A DNA stretch of 50,924 nucleotides from an archaeon (GCA_043815885.1 JBDRIL010000010.1:1-50924); one strand, 5' to 3'; counted from the first letter of the stretch, positions 38,970 to 48,274 are shown. Program-made: numbers and translations. Notes: a model not told the origin generated them from the letters alone.

Positions 38970-39296
38970 ATGAAATTAATTCGAGAAGGATATGAAAAGA
39001 GAACGGTTGCCTTAATCCTTATTTGGGCAGTGGTAGTGTTTGCCTATATCAAGCTCCAGACAGACTACATTAACATGGGGGCAGTATTTGTTCTTGGATG
39101 CATTTTTTCTCTTGCAGTACTGAATAAACCAAGAAAAGAAAACACCGCTTTTAGAAAAAGCAGTGGCGCAAAAGCTGAAGCCATTGAAAAAAGCAGTGGC
39201 GCAAAAGCTGAAGCCATTGAAAAAAGCAGTGGCGCAAAAGCTGAAGCCATTGAAAAAAGCAGTAGCGCAAAAAAAGAAAAGAAAGAGAAGAAATGA
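38970..39296 (+). CDS. Small 2-TM membrane protein with tandem-repeat tail
   Basis: Two hydrophobic helices, then (KSSGAKAEAIE) x3. Confidence 0.7.
   Translation: MKLIREGYEKRTVALILIWAVVVFAYIKLQTDYINMGAVFVLGCIFSLAVLNKPRKENTAFRKSSGAKAEAIEKSSGAKAEAIEKSSGAKAEAIEKSSSAKKEKKEKK
39156..39272 (+). repeat. 33-bp in-frame tandem repeat (3 perfect copies plus a partial copy)
   Basis: Unit AAAAGCAGTGGCGCAAAAGCTGAAGCCATTGAA. Confidence 0.95.
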
Positions 39297-39472
39297 ATGC
39301 AAACAACTTTATTGCAGGAGCAATAGCAGGAATAATCACTCTCATAGTGAATGCATTAGTTCAATTTCTCTTCAAGCAAACAATTGAATTTGAAATAGCT
39401 TTAGGGACTGCATTGGGTTTATTCATTGTCTTTACTCTGATTACAAGCAGATACAATAAAAGGGAATTCTAA
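39293..39472 (+). CDS. Small 2-TM membrane protein (59 aa)
   Basis: Below the ORF track cutoff: MNANNFIAGAIAGIITLIVNALVQFLFKQTIEFEIALGTALGLFIVFTLITSRYNKREF; ATGA overlap with the upstream gene. Confidence 0.75.
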   Translation: MNANNFIAGAIAGIITLIVNALVQFLFKQTIEFEIALGTALGLFIVFTLITSRYNKREF

Positions 39473-40353
39473 TTCATTGCCTTCTTTACTGCTTTATCCA
39501 ATCCAAAAACCGAATCAAACTTTTTCAATTCTTCTGGCTTAACCCATTTAAAATCCGAATGCTCCCAATTCAGTTTCACTCTTCTTTTTCCTGTCTCAAA
39601 CAGGAATGCATTCACTATCCATGTCTTTCCCAAAACATTATCCTTTAACCTGAACTGCTTCACTTTCTTCACTAACCTTAAATCCTTCTTCTTTATTCCT
39701 GTTTCTTCCTCTATCTCCATATAAATTCTCTTCAATGGATTCATTTCATTCAAGTAACCGGCAACAACATTCCATTTTCCCGGATAGTTATTGATTCCAT
39801 TAATCCTCTTAAGTAAAAGCAGTCTTTCTTTATTCATTACAAATGCATTAACTGTTTCATTCACTTTCTTTGGCCTGAATACAATCATGTACTCACAGCA
39901 CTTTCCCTTGTGCCTTTTATTAACTACCCGAAATTCACTGTTTTCCTCGAATTCCTTCAATACTGCATTGAATGGTTTCTCACAGCAATTCATACACACA
40001 GTCTCTGGATCAAGGCCATTCTTTAAGCACGCCTTAATGATTGGACAGAATCCATTAAAATCAATAAAGGAAACATGCCTTGTTTCCTCTTTTACATTAA
40101 AATTCCTTTTATTAAATGAAGGAATTGATTCCCTCCAAAAAAATTCAATTACCTTTCTCTCCCCAGAAGCATCCTTTTTTAACCCACTCAATTCTTTTTT
40201 CCTTTCCTTAAACCATTTCACTCTCTTCTCGCTTAAATTCTCTCCAAGCAATTCAAATGCTCTCTCCAACCCAATTTTCTCCCCTACTTTCTTTGTATGA
40301 GAAAAAAGCCGGGCATAAAACAAAACCTTTTCCTTCTCCAACTTTGAATTCAT
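39469..40353 (-). CDS. Fusion of a Cys-rich V4R/ATC-hydrolase-like domain to a NUDIX hydrolase
   Basis: N-terminal CPIIKAC...VCMNCCE...CCEY; C-terminal LLLKR, YPGKWNVVAGYL, EIEEETGI, LNWEH..FKWV. Confidence 0.8.
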   Translation of the reverse strand: MNSKLEKEKVLFYARLFSHTKKVGEKIGLERAFELLGENLSEKRVKWFKERKKELSGLKKDASGERKVIEFFWRESIPSFNKRNFNVKEETRHVSFIDFNGFCPIIKACLKNGLDPETVCMNCCEKPFNAVLKEFEENSEFRVVNKRHKGKCCEYMIVFRPKKVNETVNAFVMNKERLLLLKRINGINNYPGKWNVVAGYLNEMNPLKRIYMEIEEETGIKKKDLRLVKKVKQFRLKDNVLGKTWIVNAFLFETGKRRVKLNWEHSDFKWVKPEELKKFDSVFGLDKAVKKAMN

Positions 40354-41378
40354 TCCCTTAATCCCTTCAATTCATATTCTTTTGTTCCCATTCCCAATTC
40401 TTCCGCCACTTCAACCTGAATCATTGGATCTGTGTCTCCTAAATGCCTTGCATAGTCTCTTCCAAATTGTTTATTGATTAAATCAATTGAAGCATTATCT
40501 ATTGCAACCGGATTGTCTGAAGCAAGCATCCCTATATCAAGCATTTGGGGCATTCCACTGCTCTTAACACAATCGCATAATTTATTTATTCCAAGCAATG
40601 CATTCACGCAGAGAATCTTCTCTTTATTCATTTTTCCTATTGATGCATTTGCTGCATCAGCCAATAATTCATTAAAATGCGCTACTCTGTTAGTCAAAGC
40701 TTTTTGGGGGCAGCGCATAATGCATTTCTCACACCCAAAACATCCTTCCTCTTCAAACTCAGCTTTTCCTTCCTCAATACTCACAACCCCTGTAGGGCAT
40801 ACTGCCTTGCATTCCCCGCAGCCATTGCATTCTCCAATAAATCTCGGTCCAGCCTTCCTGTGAATAAATTTCTTTGTCTTTTTGCTTACTGCCCCCATTC
40901 CTAAATTCTTTATTGCTCCCCCAAATCCAGCACAGTTATGCGCTTTCCCATGACTCAATACAATCATTCCATCAGCTTCATAAATTTCCTTTAATACTTC
41001 CACTTTCGGAATCCATTTTCCGGAAGCAGTAACATGATTCTCTGAAATAATCACTGGACAGCAAATTGTTTCTTCAGTAAAGCCATTTCTTCTCGCAGTA
41101 TCCAGATAACCTTCAATTGTATACCGGCTTCCCTCGTATAATGTAGTTGAATCAATCACAAATGGTTCTGCCTTAATCTTGATTAATTCATCTGCAACCT
41201 TTCCCACTACCTGTGGCCTTATATGATAAAGGTTTTCATACTCCCCCATATGGCATTTCAGTGCAATCTTCTCTCCTTTCCTAAACCTTTCCTTTAGCTT
41301 TAATTCCTTTAATGCCTTGCTTAACTTGCTTAGAAATGGTTCCTTGAAGAAAATTACCCTGTTTTTATCTGAATTCAT
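40350..41378 (-). CDS. DUF362 domain iron-sulfur protein with 2x[4Fe-4S] ferredoxin insert
   Basis: KCHMGE, TLYEGSR, SHGKAH..AGFGGAIKNLGMG, CNGCGECKAVCP, CFGCEKCIMRCP, SDNPVAID. Confidence 0.92.
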   Translation of the reverse strand: MNSDKNRVIFFKEPFLSKLSKALKELKLKERFRKGEKIALKCHMGEYENLYHIRPQVVGKVADELIKIKAEPFVIDSTTLYEGSRYTIEGYLDTARRNGFTEETICCPVIISENHVTASGKWIPKVEVLKEIYEADGMIVLSHGKAHNCAGFGGAIKNLGMGAVSKKTKKFIHRKAGPRFIGECNGCGECKAVCPTGVVSIEEGKAEFEEEGCFGCEKCIMRCPQKALTNRVAHFNELLADAANASIGKMNKEKILCVNALLGINKLCDCVKSSGMPQMLDIGMLASDNPVAIDNASIDLINKQFGRDYARHLGDTDPMIQVEVAEELGMGTKEYELKGLRE

Positions 41379-41463
41379 ATTTGAATCCCCAATTAAAAAA
41401 TCTCTTAGAAATCCTTTAAAAGCTTAATAGCCAATAATTACATTAAGGAAAAGGTGAGGGGAA

Positions 41464-42186
41464 TTGATTGAATTAAAGAAGGTTGAATCATTGGCTAAAG
41501 CAATCAACGCTATTTCTGCATTCATTTCTGAGGGAAACTTTCGCTTCAATGACAATGGAATCAGCCTTAAGGCAATTGACCCAAGCCAGATAGTTTTAGT
41601 TGATTACTCTGTTTCAAGGAATGCATTTTCCAAGTTCACTGTAGAACCCACTCTTGCAGGAATTGACTTGGTTGAATTCAATAAAATCCTTCAGAGAATC
41701 CTTCCAAAAGACAGGCTGGTGCTGGAATTAAGTGAATCTGATTTGCATGTAAAACTCTATGGAGAACTGGAAAGAAGCTTTAAGCTTCCATTAATTGATG
41801 TTTCAGATGACGAAATCACTATTCCTTCCCCTAAATTCGATGCAGTACTGGAAATAAATGCCCGCATCCTAAAAGAAGCATTAAAGGACGCTTCATTATT
41901 TGCTTCTTCTGTGGTTTTAAGGCTAAAGGGAAAACAATTAACGATTGAAGCAAAAGGAAGCAGTGGAATGCTCAAAACAATTGCAAAGGAAACAAAGAAT
42001 GTCTCCATTAAATCCTCCGGAGAAGTAGTAAGCAAGTACTCACTCAATTTCCTTTCCAACATAGTCCGAGAAGCCGACCCATTAAAAACAATCAAACTCG
42101 AACTAAAGAACGATGCCCCAATGAAGGTCAGTTACGAGATTGGAGAGGGAAAGCTTCAATTTCATTTGGCTCATATGATACTGTAA
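41464..42186 (+). CDS. pcn: PCNA paralog (copy 2, divergent C-terminus)
   Basis: LKAIDPSQIVLVD, GIDL, RSFKLPLID, YSLNFL, ending FHLAHMIL; SD AGGTGA upstream. Confidence 0.92.
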   Translation: MIELKKVESLAKAINAISAFISEGNFRFNDNGISLKAIDPSQIVLVDYSVSRNAFSKFTVEPTLAGIDLVEFNKILQRILPKDRLVLELSESDLHVKLYGELERSFKLPLIDVSDDEITIPSPKFDAVLEINARILKEALKDASLFASSVVLRLKGKQLTIEAKGSSGMLKTIAKETKNVSIKSSGEVVSKYSLNFLSNIVREADPLKTIKLELKNDAPMKVSYEIGEGKLQFHLAHMIL

Positions 42187-42231
42187 ACTTACGGCTAATC
42201 TGGGAAACATCGCGGTAAGGAGGGAAGCTGA

Positions 42232-42777
42232 ATGGAAGATAAATTTGGAATAATTATCTGGGAGAACTCCCATTCAGGATTAATCAGATTTTACTTAAAG
42301 CTTGGAAGACTTTCCGAAAAGAAAAAAGGGGAAATTTTTCTAACTTCAGCAGGCCTTATAAAAAAAGTTGAACAAAAAAAGCTTAATGCCGGGTGGCTTG
42401 GACACTGTTTTATCAGAGTAAAGAATGATGAAAAGACTATTCAATGGGATGAATTTTTTCCATTTGGGCAGAAACACTCCAAAAACTTCAGGGGCTTCGG
42501 TACTCTAGTTACGGCAGCAATCGTTACAAGACTAAAAAAAACATACCCTGGTTACTTGGTATATGTCGGGGATGCTTTTAAACCCCGAAGAAAACAACTT
42601 GAAAAAATTGGAATTGAAATCAAAAGATATTATCCAATTGAAGAATACCATAAGTTAATTGTAGGTTATTCCAGGGAAATGCTTAAACGTCATCCGCTAA
42701 TGCCTAAGCCAAAAAAACCATTGATTAAAATGGCAGGGCGATTGATAAGCCGCTTTAAACTCCAGTCATCTCGTTAA
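42232..42777 (+). CDS. Hypothetical basic protein, possible GNAT-like fold
   Basis: SD GGAGG; FRGFGTLV resembles GNAT motif A; K/R-rich C-terminal tail. Confidence 0.55.
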   Translation: MEDKFGIIIWENSHSGLIRFYLKLGRLSEKKKGEIFLTSAGLIKKVEQKKLNAGWLGHCFIRVKNDEKTIQWDEFFPFGQKHSKNFRGFGTLVTAAIVTRLKKTYPGYLVYVGDAFKPRRKQLEKIGIEIKRYYPIEEYHKLIVGYSREMLKRHPLMPKPKKPLIKMAGRLISRFKLQSSR

Positions 42778-42815
42778 TAGTCTTATGCAAGAATTTTTAA
42801 ATACCCTGATTATGC

Positions 42816-43329
42816 TTGAATGGAAGAATTACGAACTTATCTGACGGAAGAGTGAAAATAACTGTTCAAGGAAAAGAAACAATTGAATGAATTCATTAAG
42901 AAGATATGTGTGAGGGAATGGTCCATTGCAGTCAAATCAATAAAGAAAAAAGAAATTGACATAAAAGAGAAATTCAATGAATTTGAAATAATTAGAGGCA
43001 AACCCCAAAAAGAGTTGAGTGAAAGAGCCGATGAGGCAGTGATTTACATGCAGAAAATGTACAGAGAAATGAGAGAATTTAGAACTGAAACAAAGTCAGA
43101 CTTCACTAGCCTTACGAATAAAACCAGTGAAGGAATAGATGAAACAAGATTATTGAGAAAAGAAACAAATTATGACTTCAATAAAATGGATGGCAAGTAC
43201 GATAAAGTTTCAAGTAAAATGGATGACATGGCAAATACTCTAAAACAAACAAATAAAACACTGAAGGAGGAATTCGAAAAGCTTTCCAATGCATTGTTAA
43301 AATTGGCAACTAAAACAATTCAAAAGTAA
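42816..43329 (+). pseudogene. Truncated and frameshifted acylphosphatase/coiled-coil fusion
   Basis: LNGRITNLSDGRVKITVQG (acylphosphatase NLxDGxV motif) ends at TGA 42888-42890. A shifted frame continues LNEFIKKI...FNEFEIIRG plus a coiled coil. The N-terminal GxVQGVGFR motif is absent. Confidence 0.72.
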
Positions 43330-43383
43330 TTGAATTTCTTCCATTCCATTTTTTATTCTTTTTAACCCTTAATTATTCTTGTA

Positions 43384-44397
43384 ATGGCTGAAATAACTGA
43401 ATTAATTTTTGCTCAAAGGTTTCCTTTTTCCTCCAAAGCATTAAAGATAGTTAAAGAAAGCAATTTTTCTCTGGAGGAAGTTTCAGAGCAGGTAATCGAC
43501 AGAGCAAAAATAATGTTATTGAATGCATCAAAAGGAAAGAATTACTTCCTTCCAAAAATCACCACTGATTTAATGGAGAACGAAGTATACGCTTTTCCTG
43601 TAGCAAAAATCTTTCTCTCCCTGCTGAACAGAGAGGAATTAAACAGGCGTTTTGCTAAAATGCTCTCCAATTCCTCGTTCACTTACCTTGAATCAGAGAA
43701 AAACAATGACTGCCTGCTTGAATTACTCAAGGAATTCAAGATAAATTATTCCTTAAGTGAAAGAAAGCCCTTCCTGATTGAAGTAAAACTCCTGGATTAT
43801 CTTTCAATGCATTTCTTTGAAGACTACATGAAGCTGGTCAACCAAAAAATCGAGGAAGGAAAAATCTTCCTTAACAGAAATGATTCAGTCCGCTTTACTT
43901 CTTCCCTGGTTTACAATAAAATTCTTTCCTCCCTTCCGGTAAAGACAGAAGGCATTCCAAAAAAATTCAAGGAAACAGCAAAAGAACTAGCGAATGAATT
44001 ATCTTACTCAAGAAGAAGAACTGATTTCAAGATTGTTGGAAGAGCCAACCCTGCAGCCTTTCCTCCCTGCCTTTCAGACTTGTATTCTGCTGCACTGGAC
44101 GGAAGAAAACTCAGCCACGACCAGAGATTTTATCTTGCAACCTTCCTTCTTGCAGTAGGCATGCCCTCAGAACAAGTAATTTCCACTTACTCCAAAACAC
44201 CCAATTTTAAAGAGAATCTGACACGCTACCACATCCAAAGAATCAAAGGCAGAGACATAAAACAAAAATATGCTCCTGCTTCCTGTGCAAAAATGAAGCA
44301 GCACAAGCTATGCAAAAAAGACGTTTCCTGTGAAGGCATTGCTCATCCAGTGAGCTACTACATAAGAAAAATAAAAGAATTAAAAAAAGCTTCCTAA
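43384..44397 (+). CDS. priL: DNA primase large subunit
   Basis: RFPF, FPPC, LSHDQRFYLATFL, TRYHI, YAPASC..M....LC, HPVSYY. Confidence 0.93.
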   Translation: MAEITELIFAQRFPFSSKALKIVKESNFSLEEVSEQVIDRAKIMLLNASKGKNYFLPKITTDLMENEVYAFPVAKIFLSLLNREELNRRFAKMLSNSSFTYLESEKNNDCLLELLKEFKINYSLSERKPFLIEVKLLDYLSMHFFEDYMKLVNQKIEEGKIFLNRNDSVRFTSSLVYNKILSSLPVKTEGIPKKFKETAKELANELSYSRRRTDFKIVGRANPAAFPPCLSDLYSAALDGRKLSHDQRFYLATFLLAVGMPSEQVISTYSKTPNFKENLTRYHIQRIKGRDIKQKYAPASCAKMKQHKLCKKDVSCEGIAHPVSYYIRKIKELKKAS

Positions 44398-44411
44398 AAT
44401 AATAATTAAGT

Positions 44412-44648
44412 ATGGTTAATCTGGATGCATTTTTTGCCGTGGGAAACATGTTTTACGTTATGCTTATTCTTGTTGTAAACATCTTTGTCCTCTTGTGGGC
44501 AGTGAAGGTGTCGGCGCAATTTGCTTACGGGAGAAAGGTTTCTTACGGTCAGGCAGCAGTGCAGTGGCTTGCAATTATCTTTATTCTATTTGTTGTATCG
44601 GTTGTAATGTTTTTTGCTGCCTCTTTTCTCTTTGCTCTTTTCACTTGA
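44412..44648 (+). CDS. Small 2-TM membrane protein
   Basis: Hydrophobic 78-aa ORF between priL and priS. Confidence 0.7.
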   Translation: MVNLDAFFAVGNMFYVMLILVVNIFVLLWAVKVSAQFAYGRKVSYGQAAVQWLAIIFILFVVSVVMFFAASFLFALFT

Positions 44649-44681
44649 TTTATAATTATTTTCTTCTCTTAATTACTATTG

Positions 44682-45902
44682 ATGGGAGACTTAAATACTG
44701 TTAATTTTTTAAAGGAAAAATTCAAATCCTATTACGCTAAAAGCTTTGTTGATTCAGTTACAGCAATAGAGAAAAGGGAATTCGGCATAGGAGAATTCGG
44801 GAAAAAAATTATTTCAAGGCATCTTTCCTTTAATTCCTCTAAAAACTTTAATGATTTTTTAAGAAATACTATTCCTTTCTTTGTCTCTTATTCTGCTGCC
44901 TACTATGAATTCCCCGATCGCCGGCCCATGGAAGCAAAAAACTTTCTTTCAAGCGATTTAATCTATGAATTCGATGCAGACGACCTGAAAACTGAATGCA
45001 AGGAAAGACACGATAGATGGAAGTGTCCCAAATGCAAGGCAGAGGGAAAGGGAATAATAGAGAACTGCACTGAATGCGGTGAAAGGGTTGAGGCAGAGGA
45101 ATGGGTTTGCCCTGAGTGTCTGGAAGCAACAAAGAAACAGACTTTAAAGCTTATTGAATTCCTGCAGAATGATTTTGGGTTGAGTGATGGAATTGAAGTA
45201 AATTTTTCCGGTTCAAAAGGCTTTCACGTCCATGTTAAGGCAAAAGAAATACAGCAATTAAACCAGAACGCAAGAATTGAGTTACTGGATTACCTTACTG
45301 CAGAGAATCTGGATTTAGGAGCGAATGGTTTTATGTTGGATTCAAGAATGCTTCACTGTCCAATGGAGGAAGAAGCAGTTGGCTGGAGTAAAAAGATTCT
45401 TGAAGAATTAATTGAATTATTCAAAGAAGCAGATGCAGAAAAAATAAGTTCATTGGGGGGAATAAGACACAAGAAGGCAGAGGAATTCCTGAAAGAAAAA
45501 GAAAAAATAGTTTCCTCAATGAAGAAAGGATTGCTTTTGCCTTTAACCAGTAAACCAAAGAATTTCTGGAACTCAATAATCACTCATTTAATTGATGAAA
45601 TAAAACTGGATTTGGACAGGCAGACCTCTGTTGACATAAAAAAAATCATTCGTGTTCCTGAAACAATTCATGGCTCGACTGGATTGATTGCAAAAAAGGT
45701 TTCCCTGCAGGAATTAAGGAAATTCAATCCATTAAAGGAAAGCATAATTTTTTCAAATAATAGCACAAAGGTTTATGTTAAGGATGCACCAAAATTCTTT
45801 TTAGGGGGGGAAGAGTTCGGTCCATTCAGGGAAGTGGAGACAGAACTCCCTGAATTTGCTGCAATTTATTTGTTGGCAAGAAGCTCTGCTTTAAAAAGGT
45901 GA
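44682..45902 (+). CDS. priS: DNA primase small (catalytic) subunit with extra Zn ribbon
   Basis: KREFG, RHLSF, YSAAYY, YEFDADD, FSGSKGFHVH, DRQTSVDIKKIIRVPETIHGSTGL. Confidence 0.95.
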   Translation: MGDLNTVNFLKEKFKSYYAKSFVDSVTAIEKREFGIGEFGKKIISRHLSFNSSKNFNDFLRNTIPFFVSYSAAYYEFPDRRPMEAKNFLSSDLIYEFDADDLKTECKERHDRWKCPKCKAEGKGIIENCTECGERVEAEEWVCPECLEATKKQTLKLIEFLQNDFGLSDGIEVNFSGSKGFHVHVKAKEIQQLNQNARIELLDYLTAENLDLGANGFMLDSRMLHCPMEEEAVGWSKKILEELIELFKEADAEKISSLGGIRHKKAEEFLKEKEKIVSSMKKGLLLPLTSKPKNFWNSIITHLIDEIKLDLDRQTSVDIKKIIRVPETIHGSTGLIAKKVSLQELRKFNPLKESIIFSNNSTKVYVKDAPKFFLGGEEFGPFREVETELPEFAAIYLLARSSALKR

Positions 45903-46477
45903 TAACTGTAATGGAACTCTCTTATGACGAAATAAGAAGGATTCACAGGTTGGAGAAGAATAATTCAAAGTTAGTGGAATTGGAGGAAGATTTTCTTGAA
46001 TCCTTAATTGCTTTCCTGAAAGAAGAAAAAAAAGATTACCTGAATTCGTTAAAGGAAATGAATTTTTCCCGTGACAGGGACTTTATTAACTTAAAGAAAA
46101 TGATTGAAGAAGTATTTTCCCTAAGAGAAAAAAAGGTTCTTGGAATGGCTTTAATTGCCTCAAGGACTGATGAATTCGATGAAAAAAACATGTTCTTGGA
46201 GGAAAGAAAATTCTTCAGAACTTTGCTTGCTTTAATGAAGAAGAACAGGGAAGCCCTCCAGGAAACCTTTTTGGTTGGTTCCCAGAAAAAGGAGGAAAAA
46301 AAGGTAAAGAAAGAAGAAATAGTTTCAGTGAAAATACTTTCAGATGTTCCGTCATTTATTGGAACCGATATGAAGGAATACGGCCCTTACAAAAAGAATG
46401 AAGTGATTGAAATTCCTTCCAAGATAGCTAAATTGTTTGTTTTAAGAAAACTAGGAGTAAAGGAGGAAAAAGAATGA
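45899..46477 (+). CDS. GINS complex subunit (Gins51/Gins15 type)
   Basis: EKNNSKLVELEEDF, LREKKV, C-terminal B domain VPSFIGTDMKEYGPY; follows priS. Confidence 0.88.
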   Translation: MITVMELSYDEIRRIHRLEKNNSKLVELEEDFLESLIAFLKEEKKDYLNSLKEMNFSRDRDFINLKKMIEEVFSLREKKVLGMALIASRTDEFDEKNMFLEERKFFRTLLALMKKNREALQETFLVGSQKKEEKKVKKEEIVSVKILSDVPSFIGTDMKEYGPYKKNEVIEIPSKIAKLFVLRKLGVKEEKE

Positions 46478-46674
46478 ATAAAATTCCTGTAATCCCGACC
46501 CCAAAAACCGTTTTCCTTAAAGTGCAGTGCCCTAAATGCAAGAACCTGCAATCAATTTTTTCTGCTCCCTCAATGAAGGTGAAATGCTTTTCCTGTGAAA
46601 CCATTTTAGCTGAACCGTCTGCTTCCAAGGGAATCATGAAGGGAAAAATAATTGAGGCAGTGGGGAAGGAATAA
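46474..46674 (+). CDS. rps27e: 30S ribosomal protein S27e
   Basis: FLKVQCPKCKNLQSIF...VKCFSCETILAEP. Confidence 0.95.
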   Translation: MNKIPVIPTPKTVFLKVQCPKCKNLQSIFSAPSMKVKCFSCETILAEPSASKGIMKGKIIEAVGKE

Positions 46675-46677
46675 TAA

Positions 46678-47466
46678 ATGGAAAAAGAACTGCCTTCAGT
46701 AGGAGAAATAGTAGTGGTAAAGGCTACAAAGGTATTGGACTATGGAGTGTTTGTTGAATTATCGGAGTACGATGACCTTAAGGGATTCATTCATATCTCT
46801 CAAGTGGCTTCGAGATGGGTAAAGAATATAAGGAATTACGTTAAAGAAAACCAGATAAGGGCAGCAGTTGTTCTATCCATAAAAGCAGAGAGAGAACAGA
46901 TTGACTTAAGCTTGAATAAGGTTTCTGCTGGAGCACAGAGAAAGAAGATAGAGGAATGGAAGCAATTCAAGAGAGAACAGAAACTGATTGAAGTTCTTGC
47001 CTCAGAAAACAAGAAATCATTTGAGGATACATGGAATGAAATAGCAGAGCCTTTAATTGAAGAGAATAAGTCCCTGATGAAAGCCTTCCAGGAAATCTCC
47101 CTGAGTAAAGAAATTCCTTCCTCCATTCCAAAGAAATGGCATAAATCATTACTCAAATTAATTGAAAAAAATGTAGTGGTTCCAGAAAAAGTCGTAAAGG
47201 CGGTTATTCAGCTGACTTCAACTGCATCCAACGGAGTGGAAATAATTAAAAAGGCATTGAATGAAATAGAGAAACAGGGAAGCAATGAAGCAAGGATAGA
47301 CCTTTATTATCTTGGTTCAGGGAAATATATGGTTAAGGTAATAACCCATGATTACAAGCTTGGAGAGAGAACCTTGAGAGAGGCAAGCGAGAAAGGAATT
47401 AAATTCATTGAATCCCGCCAAGGAGAAGGAATCCTCTTAAAGGATGAAACACAATTGAAAAGGTGA
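46678..47466 (+). CDS. eif2a: Translation initiation factor 2 alpha subunit
   Basis: LPSVGEIVV S1 domain, HISQVASRWVKNIR, IDLSL, YLGSGKY. Confidence 0.95.
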   Translation: MEKELPSVGEIVVVKATKVLDYGVFVELSEYDDLKGFIHISQVASRWVKNIRNYVKENQIRAAVVLSIKAEREQIDLSLNKVSAGAQRKKIEEWKQFKREQKLIEVLASENKKSFEDTWNEIAEPLIEENKSLMKAFQEISLSKEIPSSIPKKWHKSLLKLIEKNVVVPEKVVKAVIQLTSTASNGVEIIKKALNEIEKQGSNEARIDLYYLGSGKYMVKVITHDYKLGERTLREASEKGIKFIESRQGEGILLKDETQLKR

Positions 47467-47472
47467 ATTGAT

Positions 47473-48260
47473 TTGGTTACTAAAATAAATTTATTGAAGA
47501 AAAAAAAAATTGAATAATGCAGTTCTATTCACTGGCCTTCCAGGAATAGGTTTAGTGGGAAAGATTGCAGTAGATTATATGCTTAAGCAATTAAAGGCAG
47601 AAAAGATAGGGGAAGTGAGTTCTGATTCCTTTCCTCCAAGCGTTCACACAAAGAATTCATTGATTGAATTAATTAAGGACGAACTCTATCATTACTCCTA
47701 TAAAGGAAAGCATTACCTTTTTTTGGCTGGCCCAGTCCAGCCTTCACTTGATGTAAGGTTTGGCTTGGCCCATGAACACTACGAGTTCGCGAGAGAAATC
47801 GTTGAAGCAGTAAAAAAAAATGGGCGTAAAGGAGATATTCACTCTTGCAGGAATCAATGTTGGGGAGAAGCGCATGAACCAAGAACCAAGGGTTGTAGCG
47901 GCAGCTACAAACAAGAAATTACTGGCAGATTTCAAAAAACTTGGCGCAATAGAAGGACAGGAAGAAGGATTAATTAGCGGGGCAGCAGGATTAATCCTTG
48001 GAATGGCGTTAGAGGAAGGAATTCAAGGAGTATGCCTGATGGGGGAAACCAATGCAAGACTAATCTACGGAGACCATTCATCTGCAAAAAAAATAATTGA
48101 ATTACTCACGAAAAAATTTGATTTCAAGATAAACATGGATGAAATAGGAAAGGAAAGCAAAGACATAGAGAAGGCTTTCCAGCAGTTAAGCAAACAATTC
48201 AGGGAAGAACAAAAAACACTGGAAGAAGTTCCAGACACAGGATTAACCTATGTAAGATAA
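47473..48260 (+). pseudogene. PAC2 family (proteasome assembly chaperone-like) gene split by two homopolymer frameshifts
   Basis: TTG start after AGGTGA; GLPGIGLVGKIA, FPPSV, ISGAAGLILG, CLMGET. One extra A in each of the runs 47500-47509 (A10) and 47812-47820 (A9). Confidence 0.85.
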
Positions 48261-48274
48261 ATTCAAAAAGATTG

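Noticed and set aside
39156..39272. 33-bp repeats as a CRISPR array
   Set aside because: The copies are directly adjacent with no spacers, are in frame in a CDS, and no cas genes are nearby.
39012..39387. Alternative-frame repeat ORFs (39012-39302, 39065-39250, 39151-39345, 39163-39387)
   Set aside because: They are by-products of a stop-free 33-bp repeat. The 38970 frame has TM segments and couples to the next gene.
17254..40863. Long antisense ORFs (e.g. 17254-17784, 19472-19978, 28702-29292, 39791-40300)
   Set aside because: They are F/S/L-rich mirror translations of K/E-rich genes on the opposite strand, with no motifs.
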